A DNA stretch of 64,000 nucleotides from Thermoplasmata archaeon (GCA_020348445.1 CP070751.1:628321-692320), one strand, 5' to 3'; counted from the first letter of the stretch, positions 40,244-51,197 are shown. A program made the numbers and translations. Notes: generated by a model not told the origin, from the letters alone.

Positions 40244-40395
40244 TTATTTGCGAATGGATTTATACCCAAGTGCTCCGAAGGAACACGATTTCATCCAAGG
40301 ATGGATTTCGGGTGAGTATGATATAATGTATATTTTAATATTGCCTTCAAGGACGATCATCCCTGGTCAGGAAAAGAATGCTGCCCTGAGCAGAT

Positions 40396-41745
40396 TCAAC
40401 TCTTCTTTTTTATTTTGACCGTTATCATGCGTACAACTACGAGCAGCAGGATAAATAACCATATTCCCCAGATAACCATTCTACCCCAGTAGGGCAATTC
40501 GGTTTTCGGCCTACTGCTTGCAGGTTGCGAATCGAGGATGAGCGTTATGGGCTTTTTATCACTTATATCAACGGTTGTATAGTTGCTCATAAATCCCTTA
40601 GCTGTTCTGAATATAAAAGGAGTATAGATTATCTCAGTATTGCTGCTGTCGATTTCATATTCCCTGAGTCTTACGACTCGAAAATTATTTAATGTCTCAT
40701 TACTCCAAACCATTTTTCCATGTTGATCCCAGATCGTCAGATTCACGCCATCCACAGGATCATTTTTTGAGTTGTATATCTGGATGAAAATCTCCCATTC
40801 CAAAAGGACATTTCCAGCCCCATTTCTCCTCCCGTCTTTCTCGAATATATTGTCGTTGTGATCTGCCCGGATGTCAAGGGAATAGATTCCCCATTTCGAG
40901 TTGCCGTATATTTGGTTGTTGGTTGCATTGATTTTTGCTCCGTGCCCCCATATCCCAAATCCATCATTCGAGGCAATTGTATTGTTGCGAACATCCATGT
41001 ATACCCATTCTCCTATGATACCGCTTGAGGTATTGTTAGATATTTCGTTTCCTATTAATGTGACATAACCACCCCAGAGGCAGGACACGCCGATTTCATT
41101 CTTGGTTATCGTGTTATTGTATAGCAACGGTGATCCAGAGAAGCTTACAACACCACCATAATTGGAATGAATTGTATTGTTAAAGATAACGGCTGTCCCA
41201 TAACATATAATACCATACTCGGTGCTATCAAACACGGTGCTGTTTGCGATGTAGACATCACCAAAGTAAGTGAAGATTCCTCCTGCGATACGGCTAATTG
41301 TGGAGCGCTCCATGGTCATATTTCCCCATACTGCAAAGTAATATGCATGGCGGTTTGCAGTGATGTTGGAGTCATAGATGTTCAGTCTCGATCCTCCATC
41401 CACCTCAATTCCTGTGATCCCACCCCTAGAGGAGTTCATAATAAGAACAACATTGTCCAAAGTTAGGGTGGCATTTTCTACTACAGTCAAATTGCCGTTT
41501 ATTATGATGATTTCGTCGGATACATATGTATCGTTTGCGATAATCCAATCACCTTGGATTGGGGCAGGATAATCTCCTGTACCGTCGGCTATGCTGTTTG
41601 ATAAGAAAGAACTGAGTGTGTTAAAAAGGCATATGAAAATGATAATTGGATATACAGATTGTTTTAATGTACTGGCCCTGCGATTCATAACAAATGAGCA
41701 AATTTCTACCAAGTACTTTAATCTTATGGTGGCCAGTTGGGTCAT
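40396..41745 (-). CDS. Secreted right-handed beta-helix (NosD/CASH) protein with C-terminal TM
   Basis: Repeated I.NNTI.SN..GI motifs; GDWII.N.T.V N-cap; start may be 41688. Confidence 0.8.
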   Translation of the reverse strand: MTQLATIRLKYLVEICSFVMNRRASTLKQSVYPIIIFICLFNTLSSFLSNSIADGTGDYPAPIQGDWIIANDTYVSDEIIIINGNLTVVENATLTLDNVVLIMNSSRGGITGIEVDGGSRLNIYDSNITANRHAYYFAVWGNMTMERSTISRIAGGIFTYFGDVYIANSTVFDSTEYGIICYGTAVIFNNTIHSNYGGVVSFSGSPLLYNNTITKNEIGVSCLWGGYVTLIGNEISNNTSSGIIGEWVYMDVRNNTIASNDGFGIWGHGAKINATNNQIYGNSKWGIYSLDIRADHNDNIFEKDGRRNGAGNVLLEWEIFIQIYNSKNDPVDGVNLTIWDQHGKMVWSNETLNNFRVVRLREYEIDSSNTEIIYTPFIFRTAKGFMSNYTTVDISDKKPITLILDSQPASSRPKTELPYWGRMVIWGIWLFILLLVVVRMITVKIKKKS

Positions 41746-41751
41746 CTCATA

Positions 41752-42528
41752 TCAGGCTGCACCTGCCAAGACCAATAGCATCAGACCTTGTCTAAGAACC
41801 AATATGAATCCCATGGTAATCAGGGCAATGGCCATGATACCTGCAAAGGAATTTATTTTCTGAGGTGTAAATTTTGAGGAGGCATGACCGGCTGAAGCGT
41901 TGAAGACAATAATTGGAATGGCGGAGCCAATTCCGAATATGAACATTGTAAGTGCACCTGTTAAGGCTGTTGCTATTCCTAATGAAGCACCGAATAAGGC
42001 CGAGGCCGTGCCAAGTATCACCGCATCCAAAAGGATTATCTCAAAAAGGCAAGCAACTCCCATTATTAGCCCGAGTATCATAAGGGCTACAGTCTCATTT
42101 GCAAAGAGCCTGGGGTATTTCTTTCGCAACTTTTCTATTGTGGCAAAGTGGGATTTACAATCACAGTTTGGATCAAGTTGTCTTTTTCTAACTCTCCTGT
42201 ATAGTACCAATCCCAGAATCAAGGAGTACACCCCAATCAATACATATCCTACTAACTGCATGGACATTAATGTCATATCAAAACCGCCTGAGACCAGGAT
42301 CCCTGCAAAGTAACCCACAACTGCTCCTACAGCTGTTATCAGGGCGATTCTTCCGATATTGAACTTAATTGCAAAAATTGCACCTGCCTTCCAATGCCTC
42401 CCCTCACTTAGGGTGTAACTCAGAAGGCTAGGTCCACACAAGAAGGTGCATATTGTAGTGCCTCTTAAAAGACCTAATATGAAGGCTGTGCCAATCAGCA
42501 CTCCTAACGCCCCAACAAATTCACTCAT
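41752..42528 (-). CDS. Multi-pass membrane protein, DsbD_2/TauE-like
   Basis: CTFLCGPSL, FNIGRIAL, GVACLFE, FGIGSAIP; 6-7 TM. Confidence 0.6.
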   Translation of the reverse strand: MSEFVGALGVLIGTAFILGLLRGTTICTFLCGPSLLSYTLSEGRHWKAGAIFAIKFNIGRIALITAVGAVVGYFAGILVSGGFDMTLMSMQLVGYVLIGVYSLILGLVLYRRVRKRQLDPNCDCKSHFATIEKLRKKYPRLFANETVALMILGLIMGVACLFEIILLDAVILGTASALFGASLGIATALTGALTMFIFGIGSAIPIIVFNASAGHASSKFTPQKINSFAGIMAIALITMGFILVLRQGLMLLVLAGAA

Positions 42529-42642
42529 TTTAATCCCCTATTTTAAGGGTCTATTTCATTATTTTAAGTAAAAGATATGATAACGTTTTTACTATCTAAA
42601 CTCTTCCCTTCCACATTAGAGCTAAAATGAAAAGGGCCATTT

Positions 42643-43569
42643 TTAATGTAAATCATTATTTCGGTTTGATTCACCGATTCCACCCACCCCGCATTCATTA
42701 CATTCAAACTGAATAGTGGTGTGGGTGATTCCGTACCCATCAAGCAGCCGTTTGTTCATCTCGGAGGTAATCTTTTCGGTTTCCTTTACACTCATGGCTT
42801 CCACGATCACATGCGCGCTTAATGCATGAACATTGGAGCAGATGCTCCAAACATGAAGGTCATGGATGCTTTTCACCCCTTCAAGTTCAAGGATATCATC
42901 CTGTAATCTATCTATATCGATATGTTTTGGCACCCTCTCCATCAAAATATCCACAGATTCCTTCAATAGACGAAGAGAGCTGTAGATGATGATAATAGCA
43001 ATCAGAACGCTGAGTATGGGATCTACGATGTGATTCCCAGTAAGGATTATCACCACACCCCCAATTATAACTGCAAAGGAGGAGAGCGTATCGCCTAAGA
43101 CATGAAGATAGGCACCTCTGATATTGAGGTCATGATGTCCCCGTAAGGTCAATGTAACAAATAGGTTAACAGCCAAACCAAAAGTGGCAACTCCCAGCAT
43201 CTCAAAGGTCTTTATTTCTGGTGGAGATGACAGGCGCTCAATAGCCTCTCGCAAGATGAAAATGACAACTATCACCAAAAGCACGCCATTTATCAGAGCT
43301 GCAAATATCTCTGCCCGATGATATCCAAAGGTGGCCTTCTCATCCAACGGCTTGCATGCTATGGTTATTGCAGAAAAGCTGAGGCCCAGGGCGAGGGCGT
43401 CCATAAAAACGTGGGCTGCATCAGTAAGAAGCGCCAGGCTATTGGATATCAAGCCCCCTATAACCTCTACGACTATGATGGTAGAGGTCAATATGATGGC
43501 GAGTTTCAGTTTTCCTCTCGATTCAGTTCCGCAGGCTTCTTGCACAGATTCACTCCTTATTTGGCTCAC
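42643..43569 (-). CDS. czcD: Cation diffusion facilitator (Zn/Co/Cd efflux)
   Basis: SLALLTDAAHVFMD, TFGYHRAE, AYLHVLGD, HDLHVW, HTTIQFE. Confidence 0.93.
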   Translation of the reverse strand: MSQIRSESVQEACGTESRGKLKLAIILTSTIIVVEVIGGLISNSLALLTDAAHVFMDALALGLSFSAITIACKPLDEKATFGYHRAEIFAALINGVLLVIVVIFILREAIERLSSPPEIKTFEMLGVATFGLAVNLFVTLTLRGHHDLNIRGAYLHVLGDTLSSFAVIIGGVVIILTGNHIVDPILSVLIAIIIIYSSLRLLKESVDILMERVPKHIDIDRLQDDILELEGVKSIHDLHVWSICSNVHALSAHVIVEAMSVKETEKITSEMNKRLLDGYGITHTTIQFECNECGVGGIGESNRNNDLH

Positions 43570-43912
43570 TTACATGCTCTACGCATTTTTCGAACATGCT
43601 CATTATATGCTCATCATCCAACGAATAATAGACGCTTTTCCCCCTCTTTTTGAACTTCACGAGCTTGAGATTCCTCAGGATCCTAAGCTGATGGGATACC
43701 GCAGATTGGGACATGCCCAGGGTTGCTGAGATGTCACAAACACAGAGCTCTTTCTTGGAAAGGGCGTATATGATTCTGATTCTGGTTGGATCTCCCAGGG
43801 CCTTGAATGTTTCCGAGAGTCTCTCTGCCGTTTCGTGCCTGACCATGGCCTTTTTTATGGCCTCTACGCTTTTTTTATCGATTATTGTTGTATCGCAAAT
43901 ATCATCTTTCAT
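43550..43912 (-). CDS. ArsR/SmtB family metal-sensing repressor
   Basis: FKALGDPTRIRI, ELCVCDI, SQSAVSHQLRILR, YYSLDDEH. Confidence 0.95.
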   Translation of the reverse strand: MKDDICDTTIIDKKSVEAIKKAMVRHETAERLSETFKALGDPTRIRIIYALSKKELCVCDISATLGMSQSAVSHQLRILRNLKLVKFKKRGKSVYYSLDDEHIMSMFEKCVEHVSEPNKE

Positions 43913-43923
43913 GGTATCATCTT

Positions 43924-43943
43924 ATATGAACAAGTGTTCATAT
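43924..43943 (-). promoter_or_regulatory. SmtB/CzrA-type operator inverted repeat
   Basis: ATATGAACA-AG-TGTTCATAT, 12 nt upstream of the repressor start. Confidence 0.75.
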
Positions 43944-43991
43944 GTTCACCTAATTATATAATAGTTATGGTCTAAAAATCCTAAATGGATA

Positions 43992-44399
43992 TTAAAAAAT
44001 AACATTTTCAAGGATTATCCTTTTAACCTCACCATGCATGGGTAAGCCATCTATTTCAGCCTTTGAGAACCATTGGATGCTCTCGTGTTCCCTGGGATTC
44101 TTATTTTCAGGTGTCCCTTCCCATGAATGCACAATGTAAATATGATGAATATAATCGATACCAAAGGTCGGATCCTTGTCCTGATAGCTTTCAAGAAACT
44201 CGTGGTCTTTTACCTCTATCCCAATTTCCTCCTTCAATTCCCTAAATAACGTCTCTTCCTTCGTTTCTGAGGATTCTATATGCCCTCCAAATATATCCCA
44301 GATATCGGGATAGAGCCTATCAGATTTTCTTTTACCCAACAATATCTTGTTATTTTTAATAAGTATTCCACCACAGGTATTCCTTGATCCATTACTCAT
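43992..44399 (-). CDS. NUDIX hydrolase
   Basis: GGHIESSETKEETLFRELKEEIG Nudix box. Confidence 0.9.
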   Translation of the reverse strand: MSNGSRNTCGGILIKNNKILLGKRKSDRLYPDIWDIFGGHIESSETKEETLFRELKEEIGIEVKDHEFLESYQDKDPTFGIDYIHHIYIVHSWEGTPENKNPREHESIQWFSKAEIDGLPMHGEVKRIILENVIF

Positions 44400-44552
44400 G
44401 GTGTGGTGATGATTTTCGAAGTATAAGTTTTTGGTCCAGCCAAAAATGATATTGCACCAATTGTACACTCACATCTTGTGATGCAAAAAGAAACCACCTG
44501 GTAACCTTTATATCAGAAAACTTTTATATCGGTGCGCACAGGGGGAGATGAC

Positions 44553-45734
44553 ATGAAGGAAATTGTTATAATTGGCGCGGCAAGAACAGCAATTGGAAAG
44601 TTCAATGGGACGCTTGCTAACTTTCCTGCACCGAAGTTGGGGGCCATTGCCATAAAGGAAGCAGTCAGTCGAGCTGGCATAGATGTCAATTCTGTGGATG
44701 AGGTTATGATGGGAAATGTGGTTGCAGCCGGCCTTGGGCAGAATCCTGCGAGGCAGGCCTCAATTCATGCTGGTTTGCCTGTAGGTATCGGTGCTGTGAC
44801 AGTAAACAAGGTATGCGGCTCAGGTCTGAAGACTGTGATGATGGCAGCATCCTCTATTAAAGCGGGAGATAATGATCTCATCGTGACAGGCGGGATGGAG
44901 AATATGAATTTAGGGCCTTATCTTTTAAGAAAGGCTAGATCCGGATACCGCCTTGGCAATGGAGACCTTGTGGATGCCATGGTTTATGATGGCCTCTGGG
45001 ATGTGTACAACGATTTTCATATGGGCAATACAGGGGAAATAATTGCCGAAAAATTCAACGTTACCAGGGAGCAGGCAGATGAACTCGCCCTAGCAAGTCA
45101 TCAGAAGGCAGCAGAAGCCATAAAAGAAGGCAAGTTCAAGGATGAGATTGTGCCAGTTGAGGTTCCGCAGAGAAAAGGCGAGCCCATTATATTTGATACA
45201 GATGAGGGTGTCAGGGGGGACTCATCTCTTGAGAAATTGGCAAAGCTCAAACCCGTGTTCAAGAAGGATGGTTTGGTTACAGCTGGAAACGCATCCCAGA
45301 TCAGTGACGGCGGAGCTGCTTGTGTGGTGGCTTCAAGGGAAAAGGCCCAAGAACTGGGGTGCAAACCCATGGCCAGGATCATCGATTATCACACAGGCGG
45401 TCTGGCCCCGGAGCTTGTCATGGAAGCCCCGATACCCACATGCAGGACACTTATGGAAAAGACAGGTTTCGGAATCGATGATATCGATTTATTTGAGCAC
45501 AACGAGGCCTTTGCCTCGGCATCGGTGGCCGTGAAAAAGGAGCTCGGCATACCGGATGAGAAGTTCAATGTTCACGGAGGAGCGGTAGCGCTGGGTCATC
45601 CCATAGGTTGTAGCGGAACAAGGGTGTTGATCACGCTGCTTTATGCTTTAAAACAAAGGGATTTAAAAAGAGGTCTGGCAACTCTTTGCCTTGGCGGGGG
45701 AAACGCAGTTGCCATGATAGTTGAAATGGAATAA
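44553..45734 (+). CDS. Acetyl-CoA C-acetyltransferase (thiolase)
   Basis: [36 protein letters not shown]. Confidence 0.96.
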   Translation: MKEIVIIGAARTAIGKFNGTLANFPAPKLGAIAIKEAVSRAGIDVNSVDEVMMGNVVAAGLGQNPARQASIHAGLPVGIGAVTVNKVCGSGLKTVMMAASSIKAGDNDLIVTGGMENMNLGPYLLRKARSGYRLGNGDLVDAMVYDGLWDVYNDFHMGNTGEIIAEKFNVTREQADELALASHQKAAEAIKEGKFKDEIVPVEVPQRKGEPIIFDTDEGVRGDSSLEKLAKLKPVFKKDGLVTAGNASQISDGGAACVVASREKAQELGCKPMARIIDYHTGGLAPELVMEAPIPTCRTLMEKTGFGIDDIDLFEHNEAFASASVAVKKELGIPDEKFNVHGGAVALGHPIGCSGTRVLITLLYALKQRDLKRGLATLCLGGGNAVAMIVEME

Positions 45735-45748
45735 TTGGAGGATTTTAG

Positions 45749-46597
45749 ATGGAGATTTCTAAGGTAGGAGTACTTGGAGCAGGAGTTATGGGCAATGGTA
45801 TTGCCCAAGTCTTTGCACAGGCAGGATATGAAGTCGTGATGAGGGACATAGAGGACAGATTCGTTGAAGGCGGAATGTCAAATATAACCAAGAATCTTCA
45901 CAGAAGTGTGGAGAAAGGAAGAATCAAGGCCGAGGAAAAGGATGCCGTGCTTTCGCGTATTACAGGTACCACAAAGATGGAAGACCTAAAGGATGTTGAT
46001 TTCTTAGTCGAGGCTGTGATAGAAAATCTGGACATCAAAAAGAAGGTATTTGAGGAATTGGAAAATCTGTGTAAAAAGGATGTGATATTCGCCTCTAACA
46101 CATCCTCCATCTCAATAACTAAACTCGCGGCCACCACATCAAAACCTGATAAGTTCATAGGAATGCACTTTTTCAACCCTGTGCCGGTGATGAAACTGGT
46201 GGAGGTCATAAGGGGAATCGCAACAACCAATGAAACGACCCAGGCAACGATAGAGCTTGCAACTAAACTCGATAAAACACCTGTGGAGGTGAACGATTAC
46301 CCAGGCTTCGTGTCCAATAGGGTCCTAATGCCCATGATAAACGAGGCCATATATTGCCTCATGGAAGGTGTAGGAACAAAGGAGGCAATAGACGATGTCA
46401 TGAAGCTTGGAATGAACCATCCCATGGGACCCTTGGCCTTAGCCGATCTCATAGGACTTGACACATGCCTTCACATCATGGATGTACTTCACGAGGGTTT
46501 CGGCGATCCCAAGTACAGGCCCTGCCCACTTCTAAAGAAAATGGTGGATGCAGGTTATCTGGGAAGAAAATCTGGTAAAGGCTTCTATGATTATTGA
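45749..46597 (+). CDS. hbd: 3-hydroxybutyryl-CoA dehydrogenase
   Basis: [31 protein letters not shown]. Confidence 0.95.
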   Translation: MEISKVGVLGAGVMGNGIAQVFAQAGYEVVMRDIEDRFVEGGMSNITKNLHRSVEKGRIKAEEKDAVLSRITGTTKMEDLKDVDFLVEAVIENLDIKKKVFEELENLCKKDVIFASNTSSISITKLAATTSKPDKFIGMHFFNPVPVMKLVEVIRGIATTNETTQATIELATKLDKTPVEVNDYPGFVSNRVLMPMINEAIYCLMEGVGTKEAIDDVMKLGMNHPMGPLALADLIGLDTCLHIMDVLHEGFGDPKYRPCPLLKKMVDAGYLGRKSGKGFYDY

Positions 46598-46730
46598 TAT
46601 ATTCTTTAAAAGGTCATTAAGACTAAACCATTGCCCTCCATCCAAAACCCCCTCCTCCCACCCAATAAAAGAGATTTTAAAAATGGGATGACTATCTATT
46701 GGATGAAATTAAAATCCCACAAGAAGTGGC

Positions 46731-46847
46731 TGACGGCGATCCCTGCTTCCCATGGGCTCGCGCACCATAGTACAACAGGGAACGCTGGTGGACTTAACTT
46801 CTGGGTTCGGAATGAGACCAGGTGTAGCCCCACCGCTATGGCCGTCA
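46731..46847 (-). rRNA. rrf: 5S rRNA (stand-alone)
   Basis: Reverse complement TGACGGCCATAGCGG...CACCTGGTCTCATTCCGAACCCAGAAGTTAAG...GCCGTCA; ends approximate. Confidence 0.93.
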
Positions 46848-47030
46848 TACCTCTTGTAAACCGGGTTATATCCGAGCCTTTATTTATAGCTTTCTTTTAC
46901 TGTAAAAACCCATAAAATCCCATTCTTTTCCGTTAATTTAGCCTTTTTTTCACACCATAAATTCTATATATAGAATAGGATATAACCGCACAAAACCAAG
47001 ATTTCTTATTCAATAACTGGGGTACATGGC

Positions 47031-49070
47031 ATGATAGGGGAGTCTCTCGTTATATTCTCGCTTCTTGCAGCTCTAATCGCATTACTGGCGGCTATCTTTC
47101 TCTCACGAAAGATTTTGAAAGCCGATGCTGGATCATCCGAGATGCAGAAGATATCAAATGCAACCAGGCGAGGCGCCATGGCATACCTGAAAAGACAGGA
47201 CATGGCCATACTTTACTTTATGGTCTTCATGATTATCGCTCTAAGTCTCTTAATTGGGCTCTTAACAACCATCGCCTTCGTGCTGGGCGCAACGTTGTCA
47301 GCCTTGGCGGGATTCATTGGAATGAACATAGCCACCAAAGCCAATGTGAGGACAACAGAGGGTGCAAGACAGGGACTCAACAAAGGCCTGAGGATAGCAT
47401 TTTCCAGCGGCACGGTGATGGGGCTCTCTGTCGTGGGGCTGGGCCTATTGGGCCTGATAATAATGTACATGTTTTTCTCTGTGGTCCTTAGCAATGATTT
47501 GGGTACCATCACCACCGTGATAGCTGGTTTCGGTCTGGGAGCCAGCTCAATCGCCCTGTTTGCCAGGGTGGGAGGCGGGATCTTCACCAAGGCCGCTGAT
47601 GTAGGGGCTGATTTGGTAGGAAAGGTGGAGGCAGGCATTCCTGAGGATGATCCAAGAAACCCAGCGACAATAGCCGATAATGTGGGAGACAATGTGGGCG
47701 ATGTAGCAGGCATGGGCGCTGATTTATACGAATCCTATGTCGGCTCGATAATAGCTACCATGGCCTTGGGCTGGGTGGCTTATAAACATGGAGAATTGCC
47801 GATTTACTGTGTTGTACTGCCTCTCGTAATTGCAGGAGTTGGAATATTTTCCTCGGTGATCGGGACCTTTTTTGTAAGGACAGGTGAGAAAGCCGAGCAG
47901 CGCCTTCTTCTACTGGCCTTGAGAAAAGGCATATACATTTCCGCAATACTTGTTACATTTTTCTCATTTATTGCAGTATATTTTATTCTGGGATTTGAGA
48001 ATATATCTGTATTCGGGGCGATTCTCGCAGGCCTTATGGCAGGTGTGATAATAGGCCTATCCACCGAGTACTTCACCTCGGACAGCTACCAGCCAACAAG
48101 GGACCTTGCCAAATCCTCGAAAACGGGAGCAGGTCCCACGATAATCAATGGCCTTGCAATTGGCATGAAAAGCACACTATTTCCTGTAATCACTGTAGGA
48201 GCCGCCATAATGCTTTCATATTCTTTTGCTGGATTGTACGGCATAGCCATATCCGCTGTGGGGATGTTATCCACCCTGGGAATCACCCTGGCAACGGACG
48301 CGTACGGGCCTGTGGCAGACAATGCCGGGGGCATCGCCGAGATGGCCCATCTTGGTGAGAATGTGAGAAAGAGAACAGATGCACTGGACGCCTTGGGAAA
48401 CACAACCGCGGCCACAGGCAAGGGATTTGCAATAGGCTCTGCTGCCTTGACGGCATTGGGCTTGACAGTAGCCTATGCAGATGCTGCTGGAATAACAGAT
48501 ATATCCTTAATGGATCCCAGTGTGGTGGTTGGTCTGTTCATAGGGGGTATGCTACCTTTTATCTTCAGTGCCATGACCATGCAGGCCGTGGGACGAGCAG
48601 CCTCGCAGATAGTGGAGGAAGTGAGAAGACAGTTTCGAGAAATTACAGGTCTTATGGAGGGCAAGGCAGAACCTGACTACGAATCATGCGTGGACATCAG
48701 CACTAGGACCGCGTTAAGAGAGATGGTTCTCCCGGGTTTAACGGCCGTTATCGTACCCATAGTGGTGGGCTTACTTCTTGGTCCCTACGCCCTGGGAGGT
48801 TTGCTCATCGGTGCCCTGGTATCTGGGTTTTTGCTGGCCGTGATGATGGCCAATGCAGGAGGTGCGTGGGATAATGCCAAGAAGTACATCGAGGCTGGAC
48901 ACTTTGGAGGCAAGGGCTCGCAACCCCATAAGGCCGCTGTCGTGGGGGATACAGTGGGTGACCCGTTTAAGGATACCTCCGGTCCCTCGATAAACATACT
49001 CCTTAAGCTCATGTCGATAGTTTCTTTAGTGTTCGCATCCTTTATAGTTCAGTGGAGCATTGCAGGTTAA
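47031..49070 (+). CDS. hppA: Membrane-integral pyrophosphatase, K+-dependent, probably Na+-pumping
   Basis: [37 protein letters not shown]. Confidence 0.96.
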   Translation: MIGESLVIFSLLAALIALLAAIFLSRKILKADAGSSEMQKISNATRRGAMAYLKRQDMAILYFMVFMIIALSLLIGLLTTIAFVLGATLSALAGFIGMNIATKANVRTTEGARQGLNKGLRIAFSSGTVMGLSVVGLGLLGLIIMYMFFSVVLSNDLGTITTVIAGFGLGASSIALFARVGGGIFTKAADVGADLVGKVEAGIPEDDPRNPATIADNVGDNVGDVAGMGADLYESYVGSIIATMALGWVAYKHGELPIYCVVLPLVIAGVGIFSSVIGTFFVRTGEKAEQRLLLLALRKGIYISAILVTFFSFIAVYFILGFENISVFGAILAGLMAGVIIGLSTEYFTSDSYQPTRDLAKSSKTGAGPTIINGLAIGMKSTLFPVITVGAAIMLSYSFAGLYGIAISAVGMLSTLGITLATDAYGPVADNAGGIAEMAHLGENVRKRTDALDALGNTTAATGKGFAIGSAALTALGLTVAYADAAGITDISLMDPSVVVGLFIGGMLPFIFSAMTMQAVGRAASQIVEEVRRQFREITGLMEGKAEPDYESCVDISTRTALREMVLPGLTAVIVPIVVGLLLGPYALGGLLIGALVSGFLLAVMMANAGGAWDNAKKYIEAGHFGGKGSQPHKAAVVGDTVGDPFKDTSGPSINILLKLMSIVSLVFASFIVQWSIAG

Positions 49071-49111
49071 GGATTAAAAAGACATAATGTATTAGGATAT
49101 CATGGAAGTGA

Positions 49112-49738
49112 ATGAAAATGTACCTTATTGTCACAAGAGAAGAGGTCGTGAGAATACCGCCCGAGCAGCTCACAGAGAATGTGGATGAGGTAGTGGAGAT
49201 GCTCACGCAGCAGAACTTCGAGGGGAAAATCGGGAGGAATGGAGGATTGACGGTTCTCACAACCAATATCGAAAGATTGGGTGAGGGAAGAATAGTCCAC
49301 GGCGATGGAGCTGTGTATCAGGGCGTGAAGTACGATGCCTTGATATTTATTCCAGAGCTACAGGAGATAGTCCACGGGACCGTATGTGAGATGCTGCGGT
49401 TCGGAGCCTTTGTGCGTTTCGGACCCCTGGATGGACTTTTACATATCAGCCAGGTCATGGACGATAGAATCGATGTTGATGTTTCAAACTCAAGACTCAT
49501 GGGGAAGGATTCAAAACGAGACCTCAAGGTAGGAGACGATGCCCGGGCAAGAGTCGTGGCGGTCAGCATCAACGAACGCAGTCCAAGGGAGAGCAAGATA
49601 GGTCTTACGATGAGGCAACCTTCCCTTGGTAAATTTGAATGGATAGAAGAGGATATCAGAGGAGAAGGTCCTAAGAAGCCGAAAAAGAAAAAGAAGGGAA
49701 AGAAAGGAAAGAAAAAGGGTAAAAAGCCAGGGCCTTAA
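49112..49738 (+). CDS. rpoE1: RNA polymerase subunit E' (Rpo7)
   Basis: IVHGDG, FGAFVRFGPLDGLLHISQ, KIGLTMRQPSLGK. Confidence 0.96.
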   Translation: MKMYLIVTREEVVRIPPEQLTENVDEVVEMLTQQNFEGKIGRNGGLTVLTTNIERLGEGRIVHGDGAVYQGVKYDALIFIPELQEIVHGTVCEMLRFGAFVRFGPLDGLLHISQVMDDRIDVDVSNSRLMGKDSKRDLKVGDDARARVVAVSINERSPRESKIGLTMRQPSLGKFEWIEEDIRGEGPKKPKKKKKGKKGKKKGKKPGP

Positions 49739-49752
49739 AACGAGGGTGAATT

Positions 49753-49938
49753 ATGTCAACTATAAAAGCTTGCAAGATTTGTAGACTCATAACTGATGAG
49801 GATAAATGTCCAAGATGCGGTGAAAAAACATCAAGGGAATGGCAAGGATATCTGATTATGGTGAACCATTCCCGCTCCGAAATCGCAAAGAAAGTGGGTA
49901 TCGATGCAAATGGTAAGTACGCGCTCAAGGTCAGATGA
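49753..49938 (+). CDS. spt4: Transcription elongation factor Spt4
   Basis: ACKIC...CPRC, SEIAKK, GKYALKV. Confidence 0.95.
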   Translation: MSTIKACKICRLITDEDKCPRCGEKTSREWQGYLIMVNHSRSEIAKKVGIDANGKYALKVR

Positions 49939-50455
49939 TGATTTTTTTGGGTCCAGAAAAACGTTAAAATTGCCAGATGATCTGCGAGATGAACTGAAAA
50001 ATCCTTTGGGGGAGGTTGTTTTGGAGAGGGAACTTTCAGGGATCTTAAGACATTTTAAAAAAGTGGTGAGTGTTGGTGATCAATGTTCATTTACCCTTTT
50101 TAAAATGGGTTTTACACCCGACATTGCAGTGGTGGATTACATGGTTCAGAGAAACGATGTCGGAACCATGAGGGAGCAGATTGAGAAAATCGGGCAAATC
50201 GTTATTAATGTAAAGAACCCTCCAGGGGTGTTAACCAAGGACCTATGGAACGCGGTAAAATCCGCCTATCAGAGAGAAGAAAAGGTGAGAATAGAGGTTG
50301 ATGGTGAGGAGGACCTCGCAACCCTACCGGGTGTCTGGCTTGCACCTGAAAAAACTGCAGTTGTTTATGGTCTTCCCAACATTGGCCTTGTTCTGGTGAA
50401 GGATGAGGATGATGCTAAGATGAAGGTTAAAAATGTACTTACTCACATGAATTGA
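49904..50455 (+). CDS. DUF359 GTP-dependent dephospho-CoA kinase (start uncertain)
   Basis: LKNPLG, VSVGD, VKNPPG, VDGEEDL, YGLPNIG. Confidence 0.88.
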   Translation: MQMVSTRSRSDDDFFGSRKTLKLPDDLRDELKNPLGEVVLERELSGILRHFKKVVSVGDQCSFTLFKMGFTPDIAVVDYMVQRNDVGTMREQIEKIGQIVINVKNPPGVLTKDLWNAVKSAYQREEKVRIEVDGEEDLATLPGVWLAPEKTAVVYGLPNIGLVLVKDEDDAKMKVKNVLTHMN

Positions 50456-50470
50456 AAAAGAGGTAGTAAA

Positions 50471-50797
50471 ATGGAAGTTGAGATAATATCTAAAAAGGAA
50501 AATCCAGTGATTGAAAGGCTGGAGGTGAATTTCAAGGTTTCACATCCAAAGGAAGTCACGCCAAAACGCAAGGAGGTCAGGGACGAGATTGCAGCACAAC
50601 TAAAGGTTCCAAAGGATAGGATAGTCATAGACAACATGCAACCTGAGTTCGGAAAGCCAGAGACACTGGGCTATGCAAAAGTTTACAAGAATAAGAATGA
50701 TGCCCTCAAAACCGAATCAGAAGCTGTCCTGAAAAGGAACAATCTTTTCGAGGAGAAAAAGGAGAAGGGTGAAGAGAAGAAGGAAGGGGGCAAGTGA
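50471..50797 (+). CDS. rps24e: 30S ribosomal protein S24e
   Basis: [23 protein letters not shown]. Confidence 0.95.
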   Translation: MEVEIISKKENPVIERLEVNFKVSHPKEVTPKRKEVRDEIAAQLKVPKDRIVIDNMQPEFGKPETLGYAKVYKNKNDALKTESEAVLKRNNLFEEKKEKGEEKKEGGK

Positions 50798-51024
50798 TGT
50801 CGAAGGTGGAACATTACGAGGTTTCGGATGACAAACTCGTTAGAAAGAAGCAGACCTGTCCTAAGTGCGGGGATGGTGTGTTTTTGGCAGAGCATTCAAA
50901 CAGGGTTTCCTGCGGAAAGTGCGGGTATACAGAGTTTAAGAAGAAGGAGAAGCCCAAGAAGGAGAAGAAGGTGGAGGAAGCTCCTGTTCCCGAAACTGGG
51001 GCACCCAGCCTATTTGACGAGTAA
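50797..51024 (+). CDS. rps27ae: 30S ribosomal protein S27ae
   Basis: [13 protein letters not shown]...CGKCGYT. Confidence 0.96.
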   Translation: MSKVEHYEVSDDKLVRKKQTCPKCGDGVFLAEHSNRVSCGKCGYTEFKKKEKPKKEKKVEEAPVPETGAPSLFDE

Positions 51025-51032
51025 ATTCTTGT

Positions 51033-51181
51033 GGGCCTGTGGTGTAGCAATCCAGGCAGGAAACTGCTTGGACTGCAGTGGATATCACTGGGGCCTCCGG
51101 AATCCCTTTTTATGGATGGGGTGAGCCCCAATCCCGGGTTCAAATTGTGTCATTGGGCACATGAAAATCCCGGCAGGCCCG
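51033..51181 (+). tRNA. tRNA-Arg(CCG) with three introns (D-loop 51050-51078; 37/38 51101-51123; 59/60 51145-51167)
   Basis: GGGCCTG/CAGGCCC acceptor plus G73; removing 29+23+23 nt gives a 74-nt cloverleaf; each insert forms a BHB/BHL. Confidence 0.9.
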
Positions 51182-51197
51182 CTTCTTGTTATTTGTT

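Noticed and set aside
40046-40418. Cys/His-rich small ORFs (89 aa, 79 aa)
   Set aside because: They overlap tRNA-Glu and the palindrome array, lack an RBS, and their composition follows from the TGC/GCA-rich stems
46631-46915. 94-aa ORF
   Set aside because: Antisense to the 5S rRNA gene
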